Source: Candidatus Babeliales bacterium (lineage in GTDB: Bacteria; Babelota; Babeliae; Babelales; JANWKD01). Taken from it: a stretch of DNA of 64,000 bases. Of this stretch, positions 31,992 to 41,700 are shown in pieces; positions within the stretch are counted from its first letter, which is position 1; each line of letters starts with the position of its first letter. The notes beneath the pieces were generated by a model, which did no database searches, was not told where the DNA came from, and saw nothing but the letters and a program-made list of their open reading frames with translations. The stretch is from assembly GCA_963762115.1 (NCBI GenBank), contig CAVXJH010000003.1, positions 416,001 through 480,000 of the forward strand, read 5' to 3'. The position numbers and the translations under genes are program-made.

Positions 31992-32867
31992 ATGAAAAAA
32001 ATACTCAGTAGTATTCTTTTCTTGTATGCTTATTCATCACTCGGCATGGAACAAGAACAACAATGGAATCCTCGTGAATATGAAAAAAATGCTTTGCATC
32101 AAAATGAGGCTGCCAAAAAATTATTTTCATCAATCGAAACTGAATTAACTGGCAGTGAATCAATTGTTGATTTGGGATGCGGCCCAGGAATCATCACCGC
32201 TTATATGGCGCAAAAAACTCATGGGCATGTTACAGGTATTGATATATCCTCCGACATGATCGATTATGCTCAAAAAAATTATCAAGAAATAAGAAATCTT
32301 ACCTTTTCTAAACAAAATGCCAAAACCATTAGCAAAAAAAATATTGATATCATTACCGCCTTCTCTTGCTTACATTGGATAAAAAAACAACGAAAAATGT
32401 TTCAATCAATCTCATCGTGCCTAAAAAACAATGGGCTTTTTCTTGCCACCATTGCCTACAAAAGTTCTCATCAAAACACCTTATTTGATGCTTTTCAAAA
32501 AGCAATTCTTTCTGAGCGATGGAAATCTTATCTTAAGGATGAATATCTCCTTGATGAATATTTATTCCCACAAAACGAAAATACCATTCTACCTCTACTA
32601 TTTCAGGTAAAATTACAGAATAGAAAAATGACAGTTCACTCTACAACATTACAATTCAAAAACAAACAAGAATATACCGATTGGCTTAACAGTTGGATTT
32701 GGGCTTTTCCCTTTTTATGCACAATTCCCTATAGGGAAAAAGACAATTTTTTAGAAGATGTCATTGAGCGTTATTGTTTTAATCAACAAATTTCTGGCAA
32801 GAACCCCTTAGAATATGAATATTCAACCTTGCATATTATTGCACAAAAAATATGCAGACACTATTAA
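31992..32867 (+). CDS. Class I SAM-dependent methyltransferase (Tam-like) with signal peptide
   Basis: IVDLGCGPG, GIDISSDMI, FSCLHWI; G|MEQ leader. Confidence 0.88.
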   Translation: MKKILSSILFLYAYSSLGMEQEQQWNPREYEKNALHQNEAAKKLFSSIETELTGSESIVDLGCGPGIITAYMAQKTHGHVTGIDISSDMIDYAQKNYQEIRNLTFSKQNAKTISKKNIDIITAFSCLHWIKKQRKMFQSISSCLKNNGLFLATIAYKSSHQNTLFDAFQKAILSERWKSYLKDEYLLDEYLFPQNENTILPLLFQVKLQNRKMTVHSTTLQFKNKQEYTDWLNSWIWAFPFLCTIPYREKDNFLEDVIERYCFNQQISGKNPLEYEYSTLHIIAQKICRHY

Positions 32868-32983
32868 TTATTCCTAATTGAAACTTTTTAAATAATATAT
32901 AAATGTATTATTGTAAAAAAATGGTTTTGAGCTATACTTTATACTAAATGCGTAGGTTAACCTTTCAATAAAAGAATATTAGT

Positions 32984-34513
32984 ATGAAAAAAATAATTTC
33001 CCTTGGTTTTCTCTTAATCGTCCCCTGTATTACCCAAAGCACAACGCTGAAATCTTTCAATAAACTTCCTGCAATTGGGCTTAGCACCCTAGAAAAAAAC
33101 CCTTATACCATTGCCGCATTAGCTTCATCAATTGTAGCTGGTACTTCTTGGTATTATCTCAATGATTATGAAGAACGCTGGGACTGGGAAAAAATTACTA
33201 TTGGCGACCTCATATTTCCTTCTGAATTTAAATGGGGATCTGCATCATCTGATTTACAAATTTCTGGCGTCCAAACAGCCCACAACCAAAAAATTCAAAA
33301 TAATTGGACTAACTATGAAGATAAAAAGAATATTCCTGAAGAAAAAAGAATGGGAATTGCCTGCGGCCACTGGGATCGTTATAAAAATGATTTTGCTTTA
33401 GCAAAAGATTTTGGCTTACAAGTATTCCGTTACTCTATTGAATGGAGTAAAATTCAGCCTCATAAAAATGATGAATTTGATGAAGATGCCATGCAACATT
33501 ATATTGACTATACAAAGGCGTTAATTGATGCTGGCCTTGAACCAATGCCTACCCTTTTTCATCATGCTTGGCCACTTTGGTTTGATGAACTTGGTGCATT
33601 TGAGAAAGCAGAAAATATTGAATATTTTGTACAATTTGCACTCTATGTTTTTGAAGCATTTAAAAAAGCAGGATTACTTGAACACACAAAGTTATGGCTC
33701 ACCTTCAATGAACCTGCTGGTTATGCTGCCGGTGCCTATATTGACGGCAGATATCCACCAAATAAAAAATATGCTGTACTGCAATGTGGCACTGTTCTGA
33801 AAAATATGCTCGATGCCCATTGTGAAATTTATAAAAAATTTAAAGAAATTGATCAAACAGTTCAAATCAGTCTTGCGCATGCCGCAGTACCCGTGCAACC
33901 GTATAATCCTTGGAATCCTCTTGATCATACTGCTAAAATATTCAATTATCTGGTTAATACTGTCACCCTTGAATATCTCTCATCAGGAAACTTTGTTTGG
34001 CTTTGTAGTTTTACTAAAACAAATCCCAATGCCAAAAATACACTCGATTTCATTGGCGTCAATTATTATAGTCACACGCTCATCAGTTGGTTTAAAGAAA
34101 AAAACCGACCTTTTGAGATCAGTGCGGATTTAGTAGAAGGCAAACGAGGAAAAACGCTCTACGCAGAAGGTTTCTATTATGCATTGAAAAATGTTGCACA
34201 CTATTTCCCTAATTTGCCTATTTTTATCACAGAAAGTGGCTTTGCAACTGATAATGTTGAAAATAGAAAATTATATATTGATCGTCATCTTTATGTTCTT
34301 AAAAAATTAATCGATGAAGGCATGCATATCATGGGATATTTATGGTGGACCTTTTTAGATTGTTATAGTTGGAACAAAGGAAATGGGAGTAAACACGGCA
34401 TTTTCCACGTTGATTTTACTGATGCGAACTTACCAAGAACACTCAAAGAAAGTTCAATACATCTTAAAGACGTTATTGCACATAATAAAGAATGGCATGC
34501 GCATAATTGCTAA
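32984..34513 (+). CDS. Glycoside hydrolase family 1 with signal peptide and membrane segment
   Basis: FPSEFKWGSASS, RYSIEWSKI, TFNEP (acid/base), GVNYYS, ITESG (nucleophile). Confidence 0.93.
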   Translation: MKKIISLGFLLIVPCITQSTTLKSFNKLPAIGLSTLEKNPYTIAALASSIVAGTSWYYLNDYEERWDWEKITIGDLIFPSEFKWGSASSDLQISGVQTAHNQKIQNNWTNYEDKKNIPEEKRMGIACGHWDRYKNDFALAKDFGLQVFRYSIEWSKIQPHKNDEFDEDAMQHYIDYTKALIDAGLEPMPTLFHHAWPLWFDELGAFEKAENIEYFVQFALYVFEAFKKAGLLEHTKLWLTFNEPAGYAAGAYIDGRYPPNKKYAVLQCGTVLKNMLDAHCEIYKKFKEIDQTVQISLAHAAVPVQPYNPWNPLDHTAKIFNYLVNTVTLEYLSSGNFVWLCSFTKTNPNAKNTLDFIGVNYYSHTLISWFKEKNRPFEISADLVEGKRGKTLYAEGFYYALKNVAHYFPNLPIFITESGFATDNVENRKLYIDRHLYVLKKLIDEGMHIMGYLWWTFLDCYSWNKGNGSKHGIFHVDFTDANLPRTLKESSIHLKDVIAHNKEWHAHNC

Positions 34514-35871
34514 CCAATTGAATTTTCCATTTCTAGTGCAATAAGACGATTAATTTCAACCGCATATTCCATTGGCAACAACTTCACAAAAGCATCGATA
34601 AAACCATTAACCAGCATTGCTTGTGCTTGTGCTTGCGTAAAACCACGACTCATGAGATAAAATAGCTGTTCTTCGCTTATTTTATTCACCGATGCTTCAT
34701 GACACATTTCAACACCTTGTGATTTCACGTCAATTGTTGGATAAGTATCAGTACGTGATTGCGCATCAAGCAATAAAGCATCACATTGCACTTTTGATTT
34801 TACTGCTTTTAAATGTGGCAAAATCTTAAGCAAACCTCGATAACTTGAACGACCACCTTCTTTACTTATTGATTTTGCAACAATCGTTGAACGCGTATTT
34901 GAGGCACAATGAATTATTTTGCCGCCAGAATCTTGATGCTGTCCTCGCCCAGCAACGGCAATCGAAATAATCTCACCTTGCGCACCTTCTTCCTTTAAAA
35001 TAATCGCCGGATATTTCATGGTCACCTTACTACCAAAGTTACCATCGATCCAACTCACTCGTGCATTTTTATAAGCAACAGCACGCTTGGTAACTAAGTT
35101 ATATACATCAGATGACCAATTTTGAATAGTTGTATAGGTTACTTTCGCTCCTTCATGCGCAATAATTTCCACAACGGCACTATGCAATGCATTGCGGGAA
35201 TAGATAGGTGCACTACAACCTTCTACATACTGCACAGAACTACCAGGTTCAGCTATAATAAGCGTTCGCTCAAATTGCCCCATACTTTCAGAATTAATAC
35301 GAAAATAAGCTTGTAACGGCATCGTTACCTGCACACCGGCAGGAATATATACAAAACTACCGCCGCTCCACACGGCAGAATTTAATGCAGCAAATTTATT
35401 ATCATGAGCAGGAATTATGGTTGCAAAATATTTTTTAAAAAGTTCTGGGTGATTTTTTAATCCTTGTGACATATCACAAAAAATCACGCCCTGATTTGCC
35501 CATTCTTCTTTTAAACTTTTATAAATGACCTCTGAATCAAATTGTGCACCAACACCAGCCAAAAATTCTTGTTCAGCTTGCGGAATACCAAGAGCATTAA
35601 AAGTGTTTTTTATATTTTCGGGAATTGATTGCCAAGTAGTATGTTGTTTTTCAAGGGGCTTAACATAATAATGAATATCATGTGCTTCTAAAGCTGAAAG
35701 ATCTGCGCCCCATGTTGGCATTGGCTTTTGCTCAAAAATTTCTAATGCTTTTAAGCGAAATTCGAGCATCCACGCAGGTTCATTTTTTTGTGCAGAAATA
35801 TTTTTAACCATTTCTGCATTTAGTCCCTTGGGTGATTTATAATAATTATTTTGAAATTCTGATTCATTCAT
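34510..35871 (-). CDS. sufB: Fe-S cluster assembly protein SufB
   Basis: AALNSAVWSGGSF, GQFERTLII, YVEGCSAP, LHSAVVE, LPMEYAVE. Confidence 0.98.
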   Translation of the reverse strand: MNESEFQNNYYKSPKGLNAEMVKNISAQKNEPAWMLEFRLKALEIFEQKPMPTWGADLSALEAHDIHYYVKPLEKQHTTWQSIPENIKNTFNALGIPQAEQEFLAGVGAQFDSEVIYKSLKEEWANQGVIFCDMSQGLKNHPELFKKYFATIIPAHDNKFAALNSAVWSGGSFVYIPAGVQVTMPLQAYFRINSESMGQFERTLIIAEPGSSVQYVEGCSAPIYSRNALHSAVVEIIAHEGAKVTYTTIQNWSSDVYNLVTKRAVAYKNARVSWIDGNFGSKVTMKYPAIILKEEGAQGEIISIAVAGRGQHQDSGGKIIHCASNTRSTIVAKSISKEGGRSSYRGLLKILPHLKAVKSKVQCDALLLDAQSRTDTYPTIDVKSQGVEMCHEASVNKISEEQLFYLMSRGFTQAQAQAMLVNGFIDAFVKLLPMEYAVEINRLIALEMENSIG

Positions 35872-35888
35872 GCGATAACTATTAAATC

Positions 35889-36317
35889 CTAATTATCAGA
35901 TTCTGATTCGGATACAGGTTCAATATATACAAACTTATCATCGAAATATACTCTTGAATTTCCAGGGGCAGTGAATGTAGCAGGTTTCATCATGTAACGC
36001 CATATCCCATAACCCAAAGCAGTAACACCAGCCAAAAGACTCGAATCACGGATCATTGGTCCCCATATTTCAGGATCTTCATGAAATTTATTGGCAATAT
36101 GATATATAACACCGCCGATTGTTGCGCAAATCATACCGGTTTTAAACACCGAAGCAACCGCTTCTTGCGTATTCATGTTATTTTTTTGTTTAATTTTTTT
36201 TTCTATAAAACTTGAAGATTTCTTTTTTTGGCCTGCTTCATCCATTGAAAAACTTTCAGAAGCAACAAACAAAATAACAAAACACATTATAATACTGTAA
36301 TACAAATTTTTAATCAT
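35889..36317 (-). CDS. Secreted/two-TM hypothetical protein (S|MDE leader) between sufC and sufB
   Basis: ATG 36317 after GGAG, 1 nt past sufC stop. Confidence 0.7.
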   Translation of the reverse strand: MIKNLYYSIIMCFVILFVASESFSMDEAGQKKKSSSFIEKKIKQKNNMNTQEAVASVFKTGMICATIGGVIYHIANKFHEDPEIWGPMIRDSSLLAGVTALGYGIWRYMMKPATFTAPGNSRVYFDDKFVYIEPVSESESDN

Positions 36318-36318
36318 T

Positions 36319-37047
36319 TTATAACTCCGTATAACCTTGTTGATCAATTTTAAAGGCAAGATTTTTATCACCACTTTCAATAATTTTACCATTTCGCATG
36401 CTGTGCACAACATCAGGAACAATATAATTGAGTAATCGTTGATAATGAGTGATTATCAACAGTATTAATTCTGGGTTTTGCTCACGCGCAACGATAATGC
36501 CATGTGCCACTTGCGCAAGTGCATCAACATCAAGCCCAGAATCAATTTCATCAAGAATGGCCACTTTTGGTTTTAGCAAGAGCATTTGCAATAATTCAAA
36601 CCGCTTCTTTTCACCACCCGAAAAACCTTCATTGAAATTGCGTTGCGCAAATGCACGATCAATGTGCAACAAATCCATTGCATCAAAAAGTATTTTCTGA
36701 AATTCAGAAACTGAAATATGTTGCTTTGCTATAATTGAATACGCTTCTTTCAAGCAGGTAAAAACTGAAACGCCGGGTAATTCATAAGGATATTGAAAAG
36801 CCAAAAACAAACCTGCTTGCGCACGCTTATCTGGCGATAGCGTTGTTAATTCTTGATCATCCAAAAAGATACTGCCACTCGTGATTGCATACCGCGGATC
36901 ACCCATAAGCGCATGAGCTAAAGAACTTTTTCCTGAACCATTGGGCCCCATGAGAACGTGAATTGATCCAGATTTTAATGTCAGGTTTAAATCTGAAACA
37001 ACTTGAATGTTTTCTATTGAAACTGAAATATTAGAAATTTTGAACAT
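36319..37047 (-). CDS. sufC: Fe-S cluster assembly ATPase SufC
   Basis: GPNGSGKS, FLAFQYP, NEGFSGGEKKR, LDEIDSGLDVDAL, ITHYQRLL. Confidence 0.98.
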   Translation of the reverse strand: MFKISNISVSIENIQVVSDLNLTLKSGSIHVLMGPNGSGKSSLAHALMGDPRYAITSGSIFLDDQELTTLSPDKRAQAGLFLAFQYPYELPGVSVFTCLKEAYSIIAKQHISVSEFQKILFDAMDLLHIDRAFAQRNFNEGFSGGEKKRFELLQMLLLKPKVAILDEIDSGLDVDALAQVAHGIIVAREQNPELILLIITHYQRLLNYIVPDVVHSMRNGKIIESGDKNLAFKIDQQGYTEL

Positions 37048-37052
37048 GAATG

Positions 37053-37580
37053 TTATTCATGACCATTTTGTGAGGCTGGTTGCTGGGGTATTAATAATCT
37101 TAAAGTTGCAATAAGCTCTTGATTATTGCCCATAGGCTTTTGAAAAAGATAAAATAAAGCAATTGCAACCGCCATTGAACCAGCGCTCGCCGCAGCTGTA
37201 CTTACAATGTGCCATGTATGCGTATTACATTTTTTTTTCTCATGAAATTCAATTGCTTTTGTCGCATTAATTTTATCACGTGTCGCACTTTTGGCGCCCG
37301 GCAAATCGTCGATTTCAATTAATCTATCAACTTCCTGTTGATAAAGTTTAATTATGTCAGGATTTTTCTCTAAATCTTTTTCTAAAGCATCTGGATTCAA
37401 ATATTTATATTTTTCAAATATAATTGATGCCTCTTGTGATTTAGGCGATTCACTATTTTTTTCTTCAGTAGTAAATATACCTGATTGATTTGAAGCTTCA
37501 TCATTGGGTGATTGTGCAAAAATGCTAACACCTTGCAACAAAATCATTAAACCAACTACCAATTCATATAATTTTTTCAT
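37053..37580 (-). CDS. Secreted protein with C-terminal TM helix
   Basis: Signal peptide IFA|QS; hydrophobic C-terminal helix. Confidence 0.7.
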   Translation of the reverse strand: MKKLYELVVGLMILLQGVSIFAQSPNDEASNQSGIFTTEEKNSESPKSQEASIIFEKYKYLNPDALEKDLEKNPDIIKLYQQEVDRLIEIDDLPGAKSATRDKINATKAIEFHEKKKCNTHTWHIVSTAAASAGSMAVAIALFYLFQKPMGNNQELIATLRLLIPQQPASQNGHE

Positions 37581-37700
37581 ACTGAATACCTTTTGTTATC
37601 AACACATCTGCAAATTAAGAAAAATACAGAACAATTAATACGAATCGTATTAACAAAACAGTAATAAGTATAAAGAGTTTGAAATATGTTTGCAAAAATA

Positions 37701-38882
37701 TTAACAGATAACACGAACAACTTCTTCCAAGCTAATTATGCCGGCTTGTAGTTTTTCTCGTGCATCATGCAATAAAGGCTGCAAACCATCAGCAAGTGCC
37801 TGTTCTTGAATCGCCTCAAAAAGAGGATTGCGCACAATAAGTGTACGTAACGCGTTACTCATAATTAACAATTCAAAAATACCAATGCGCCCTTTATACC
37901 CAAGATTAAAACAGTGTGAACAGCCAAGACCTTTATAGAGTTTTTGCATATTCACCGCCAATCGTTCTAGTATTTTTAATTCTTGCTCATTTGGTTCTTG
38001 TTCAACACGACAATGTGTACAAATCTTGCGCACTAAACGTTGGGCAAGAACACCTGTCAATGAACTATTAATCAAGAATGGTTCAATGGCCATATCCATT
38101 AAGCGCATAATGGTAGATGATGCATCATTGGTATGCAATGTGCTTAACACCAAGTGACCAGTTAGCGATGCTTCAATAGCAATACGCGCTGTTTGCTTAT
38201 CACGAATTTCACCAATCATGGCAATATCAGGATCTTGTCGCAATAATGCGCGAATACCTCGTTCAAAAGTAAATCCTGCTTCAGGATGAATTTGGCCCTG
38301 CGTTATACCATCAATGTTATATTCAACAGGATCTTCTAGCGTGATAATATTTTTTTCAGCAGAATGTAATGCTGATAGCGTTGCATATAAGGTAGTCGTT
38401 TTTCCTGAACCGGTTGGCCCCGTTACTAAAAAAAATCCCTGCGCGCGAGCAATAAGATTTTTAAATTGTTCTAATATTTTTGGTTGTAACCCTAATTTTT
38501 CTAAAACAATAGTGTGATTTGTGCGATCCAAAATTCTAATAACTATTTTTTCGCCATAAATTGCAGGAAAGGTGGAAACGCGCAAATCAACCGATTTATC
38601 AGCAAGTTGTATGCGAAATTTTCCATCCTGAGGAATTCTTTTTTCTGCAATGTTGTTGTGAGCAAGAATCTTAATGCGCGAAATCACTTGTGCCGCACTC
38701 ATTGCTTCTATCATGGGCTGATCATAAAGAGTACCATCAATGCGATAGCGAACCCTCAATCCCTTTTGCGTTGATTCTAAATGAATATCAGATGCATCAC
38801 GTTCAATTGCTAACGCAATAATATCATTAACACGATCAATAATTGATAAGGCAATAAAAGCTTGATTTTCGCGCTCCAACAT
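37701..38882 (-). CDS. GspE/PilB-family secretion/pilus ATPase lacking the N-terminal domain
   Basis: ASDIHLE, EKRIPQDG, GPTGSGKTTT, LEDPVE, LRQDPD, STLHTND, CTHC/CSHC zinc motif. Confidence 0.95.
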   Translation of the reverse strand: MLERENQAFIALSIIDRVNDIIALAIERDASDIHLESTQKGLRVRYRIDGTLYDQPMIEAMSAAQVISRIKILAHNNIAEKRIPQDGKFRIQLADKSVDLRVSTFPAIYGEKIVIRILDRTNHTIVLEKLGLQPKILEQFKNLIARAQGFFLVTGPTGSGKTTTLYATLSALHSAEKNIITLEDPVEYNIDGITQGQIHPEAGFTFERGIRALLRQDPDIAMIGEIRDKQTARIAIEASLTGHLVLSTLHTNDASSTIMRLMDMAIEPFLINSSLTGVLAQRLVRKICTHCRVEQEPNEQELKILERLAVNMQKLYKGLGCSHCFNLGYKGRIGIFELLIMSNALRTLIVRNPLFEAIQEQALADGLQPLLHDAREKLQAGIISLEEVVRVIC

Positions 38883-38890
38883 ACTCTTTT

Positions 38891-39442
38891 TTACTCTTCT
38901 TCTTTATCAAGCTCTATTTCTTCTTGCGCCAGAGCTCGTGCTTCATCGCGCTCTTCTGCTTCAATATAATCAAAATCATCAGTCACTTGTAAAGAAGGAT
39001 CATAAAATTCTTCTACCGTTTCTATAATATCTTCACCAATACCAACCATAAATTGAATATCGGACGACATATAATTACCAATATTAGGCAACAATGAATC
39101 ATCTTGCGGATCGGCAGCAACAACGACAAGCATGTTGTCATTCAATTCTTGCAAAGGAATAATTTCATTGCGAAGCAAAAAATCGCGAGGAAATTTAATA
39201 ACCAATGAATGATCAAAAAAATGACCTATCACATCAAATGATGGCACATTATAATAGGCACTTAATGCTTTTAATAAATCTTCTTTTTCAACAAGTTCTT
39301 CCTGCAATAAAAAATTATCAAATTCATCTTCCGATTCTGCTTTAAATAATCTTTTTGCATCCTTTGATTCTTGAGGAGTAAAAACCTTATTTTTTTCTAA
39401 GATTGTACAAAGTCCGTCGACAAATTTATCGCCTTTTCTCAT
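38891..39442 (-). CDS. Stand-alone GspE/PilB N-terminal (MshEN/T2SSE_N-like) domain protein
   Basis: LLQEELVEKEDLLKALSAYYNVP...FPRDFLLRNEIIPL...LVVVAADPQD; 8 bp upstream of the ATPase. Confidence 0.75.
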   Translation of the reverse strand: MRKGDKFVDGLCTILEKNKVFTPQESKDAKRLFKAESEDEFDNFLLQEELVEKEDLLKALSAYYNVPSFDVIGHFFDHSLVIKFPRDFLLRNEIIPLQELNDNMLVVVAADPQDDSLLPNIGNYMSSDIQFMVGIGEDIIETVEEFYDPSLQVTDDFDYIEAEERDEARALAQEEIELDKEEE

Positions 39443-39451
39443 GCTATTTTC

Positions 39452-39844
39452 CTATCCAACTTTATAACCAATCAAGAAACCTACACTCGCGCTCAAAACA
39501 ATCGGAATATTATTTTTCATCCAATCTAAATAGGCATTACCAACTGTTTGAAAAGTATCCGACTGCTGTATTCCTACCATTGTTTTCAATTTTATCATAT
39601 CTATCGTTATTATTTGAAACGTATTAAGAGCATAAAGCGCTATACAAGAAATCACTATACTCAAAAATAAATAACGCATACACTTTTTGAAAAAAAAGCC
39701 AAAGAAAAAACCCGCACAAAGATATACCATTAAATTCATGACGCCGTTAAATGATAAATCAAATGATTTGATGAATTTTTCCAAATCAAAGGTAGATTTT
39801 ATATGTTCAACCCAGCTTGTTTGCGCTTGTGTTTTGCTTAACAT
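39452..39844 (-). CDS. FUN14-family-like membrane protein
   Basis: AGFFFGFFFKK...ALYALNTFQIITID...GFLIGYKVG pattern. Confidence 0.6.
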   Translation of the reverse strand: MLSKTQAQTSWVEHIKSTFDLEKFIKSFDLSFNGVMNLMVYLCAGFFFGFFFKKCMRYLFLSIVISCIALYALNTFQIITIDMIKLKTMVGIQQSDTFQTVGNAYLDWMKNNIPIVLSASVGFLIGYKVG

Positions 39845-39935
39845 CTGATGAAACCTTTATTGTTAAATAGGTATATTAATAATTCATTGTAATGAGTATA
39901 GCCAGAGGGATACCAAAACGGCAAGAAATTTGCAC

Positions 39936-39978
39936 AAAAAAAAAGAGAAATATTTTTTTAGGATATTTCTCTTTTTTT
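39936..39978. terminator. Terminator downstream of HU gene
   Basis: aaaaaaagagaaatat...atatttctcttttttt. Confidence 0.65.
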
Positions 39979-39996
39979 ATTTTTTTAAATTACTAA

Positions 39997-40272
39997 TTAC
40001 TTAGCAACCAAACCTTTTAAGGCCTTGCCTGGCTTAAATTTTGGAACTTTTTTAGCAGCAATTTGCATTTTTTTCCCGGTAGCAGGATTAACGCCAACTC
40101 TTGCTTTTCTTTTCATAACAGAGAAGGTACCAAAACCAGTAAGAGCAACTTGTCTATTCTTTTTTAATTCTTCGCCAACAACATCGATAAAAGCTTCTAA
40201 ACAGCGTTTTGTTACTGCTTTTGATTCTTTTGACATTTTTGCCATGCGCTCAACTAACATTGCTTTATTCAT
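39997..40272 (-). CDS. hup: DNA-binding protein HU
   Basis: MNKAML...GFGTF...RVGVNPATG...PKFKPGKALK. Confidence 0.96.
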   Translation of the reverse strand: MNKAMLVERMAKMSKESKAVTKRCLEAFIDVVGEELKKNRQVALTGFGTFSVMKRKARVGVNPATGKKMQIAAKKVPKFKPGKALKGLVAK

Positions 40273-40388
40273 AAATCTTCCTTTATCTGATCAGCTATTA
40301 TTACATCAAGTAAACAAGACTAAATTACCTACAAGTACATTAGTATAGGAGAAATATGTTTGTCAAGTTTTACTTGATACAAAAGACT

Positions 40389-40474
40389 TGGTGCCGAGAG
40401 CCGGACTCGAACCGACACGGAGAAACCTCCGAAGGATTTTAAGTCCTTTGCGTCTACCATTCCGCCACCTCGGC
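40389..40474 (-). tRNA. tRNA-Leu (TAA)
   Basis: AAGGA-CTTAAAA-TCCTT anticodon arm, long variable arm, CCA. Confidence 0.97.
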
Positions 40475-40509
40475 AAGCAATTTTTTCAATTTTTTAAATT
40501 TTCAATTTC

Positions 40510-40583
40510 TGGAGGCGGCACCCGGATTTGAACCGGGGATCAGGGTTTTGCAGACCCTTGCCTTACCCCTTGGCTATGCCGCC
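40510..40583 (-). tRNA. tRNA-Cys (GCA)
   Basis: AGGGT-CTGCAAA-ACCCT anticodon arm, CCA. Confidence 0.97.
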
Positions 40584-40611
40584 CTCTTTTTTTATTGATA
40601 ATATAACAGTT

Positions 40612-41133
40612 TTATCCTTTAACCGCAAATTCTTCTAACTTTTTCTTTAATTCTTCTACAGAAATAGTTACTACGGCAGGTTCTCCATCATTTTTTTGTT
40701 CTGTCATACCAGGTGATTTTTCAAAATCTTTTAAATAAATTTCTTTGCAAGGACCTTCAACGGCAATACCCACGTGCATCGCTTCTGCCGTACCACCTTC
40801 ATAAGCAAATACATTTTTGAAGCCTAATGTATGCAACATCTGCCATCCTGCAGCGCTTGCGGTACATTTATAATTTGTACAATGTATTACAATTTCAGTT
40901 GCATCTTTATCCCAATGAGATTGCGCATATGATTCAAGATTCTCAAATGGTATGTTGATTGAACCTTTTATATGACAATCATCATAAAATTCTTTATCTA
41001 ATACGTTCACAAGAACGAATGCTGGCTTAACAGCTTCTTGAGTTTCTTTTTGTTCAAATAAGCGGCATGATGACACTAATGCAAGAGTACCACAAACAAT
41101 GCTCAATATTTGTATGTTTTTTATAAAATTCAT
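40612..41133 (-). CDS. Rhodanese-domain lipoprotein
   Basis: LVSSC lipobox; HIKGSINIP, IVIHCTNYKC, GFKNVFAYEGG. Confidence 0.85.
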   Translation of the reverse strand: MNFIKNIQILSIVCGTLALVSSCRLFEQKETQEAVKPAFVLVNVLDKEFYDDCHIKGSINIPFENLESYAQSHWDKDATEIVIHCTNYKCTASAAGWQMLHTLGFKNVFAYEGGTAEAMHVGIAVEGPCKEIYLKDFEKSPGMTEQKNDGEPAVVTISVEELKKKLEEFAVKG

Positions 41134-41226
41134 TTTTTCCTTTCATTGTAGTTGTAACAATTTTTTATATTTCGATCTTCTAGATAAACGTTATTTTTTC
41201 GTCTTAACCTCCATTTTTACTATTAT

Positions 41227-41700
41227 CTACTGTTTCGGATTACTCTTTTCTAAAATTTGATTAATAAATAGAAAATAAGTATGAACTTCGCCTATTATAA
41301 TTTGAGCAATTTCTTCTCGATAAATATGTGATGTCAAATTTCTTTGCTCAATCATTTCTTGCGCTAGGTCACTTTCTTTTTCATTCAATAAACCTATTTT
41401 AGCACACATTCTCATAATATTTTTAGGGCTACTAACATCAATACTTACACCTTGTATTTCTTCAAGATATACTTTGAGATATTTCCAAAGCAAATCAACA
41501 GAATATTCAAATCGTTGAATGACTGAATCTCGCAACCCTAAAACTACCTTATGCATATTAAGCTCAAGAAAATTACTTCCCGATAATTCCTGTTCTTTTT
41601 GAAGCAACAATATTTTATCAAATAAATCTATAGCTTCTTTAAAACTATTCACCGCTTGCATCAAGGTTTCATACTTTAATATTACTTTTTCTCGCTCCAT
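41227..41700 (-). CDS. HEPN toxin / nucleotidyltransferase substrate-binding protein (HI0074 family)
   Basis: RDSVIQRFEY, SPK, RNLTSHIY (RX4H). Confidence 0.9.
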   Translation of the reverse strand: MEREKVILKYETLMQAVNSFKEAIDLFDKILLLQKEQELSGSNFLELNMHKVVLGLRDSVIQRFEYSVDLLWKYLKVYLEEIQGVSIDVSSPKNIMRMCAKIGLLNEKESDLAQEMIEQRNLTSHIYREEIAQIIIGEVHTYFLFINQILEKSNPKQ

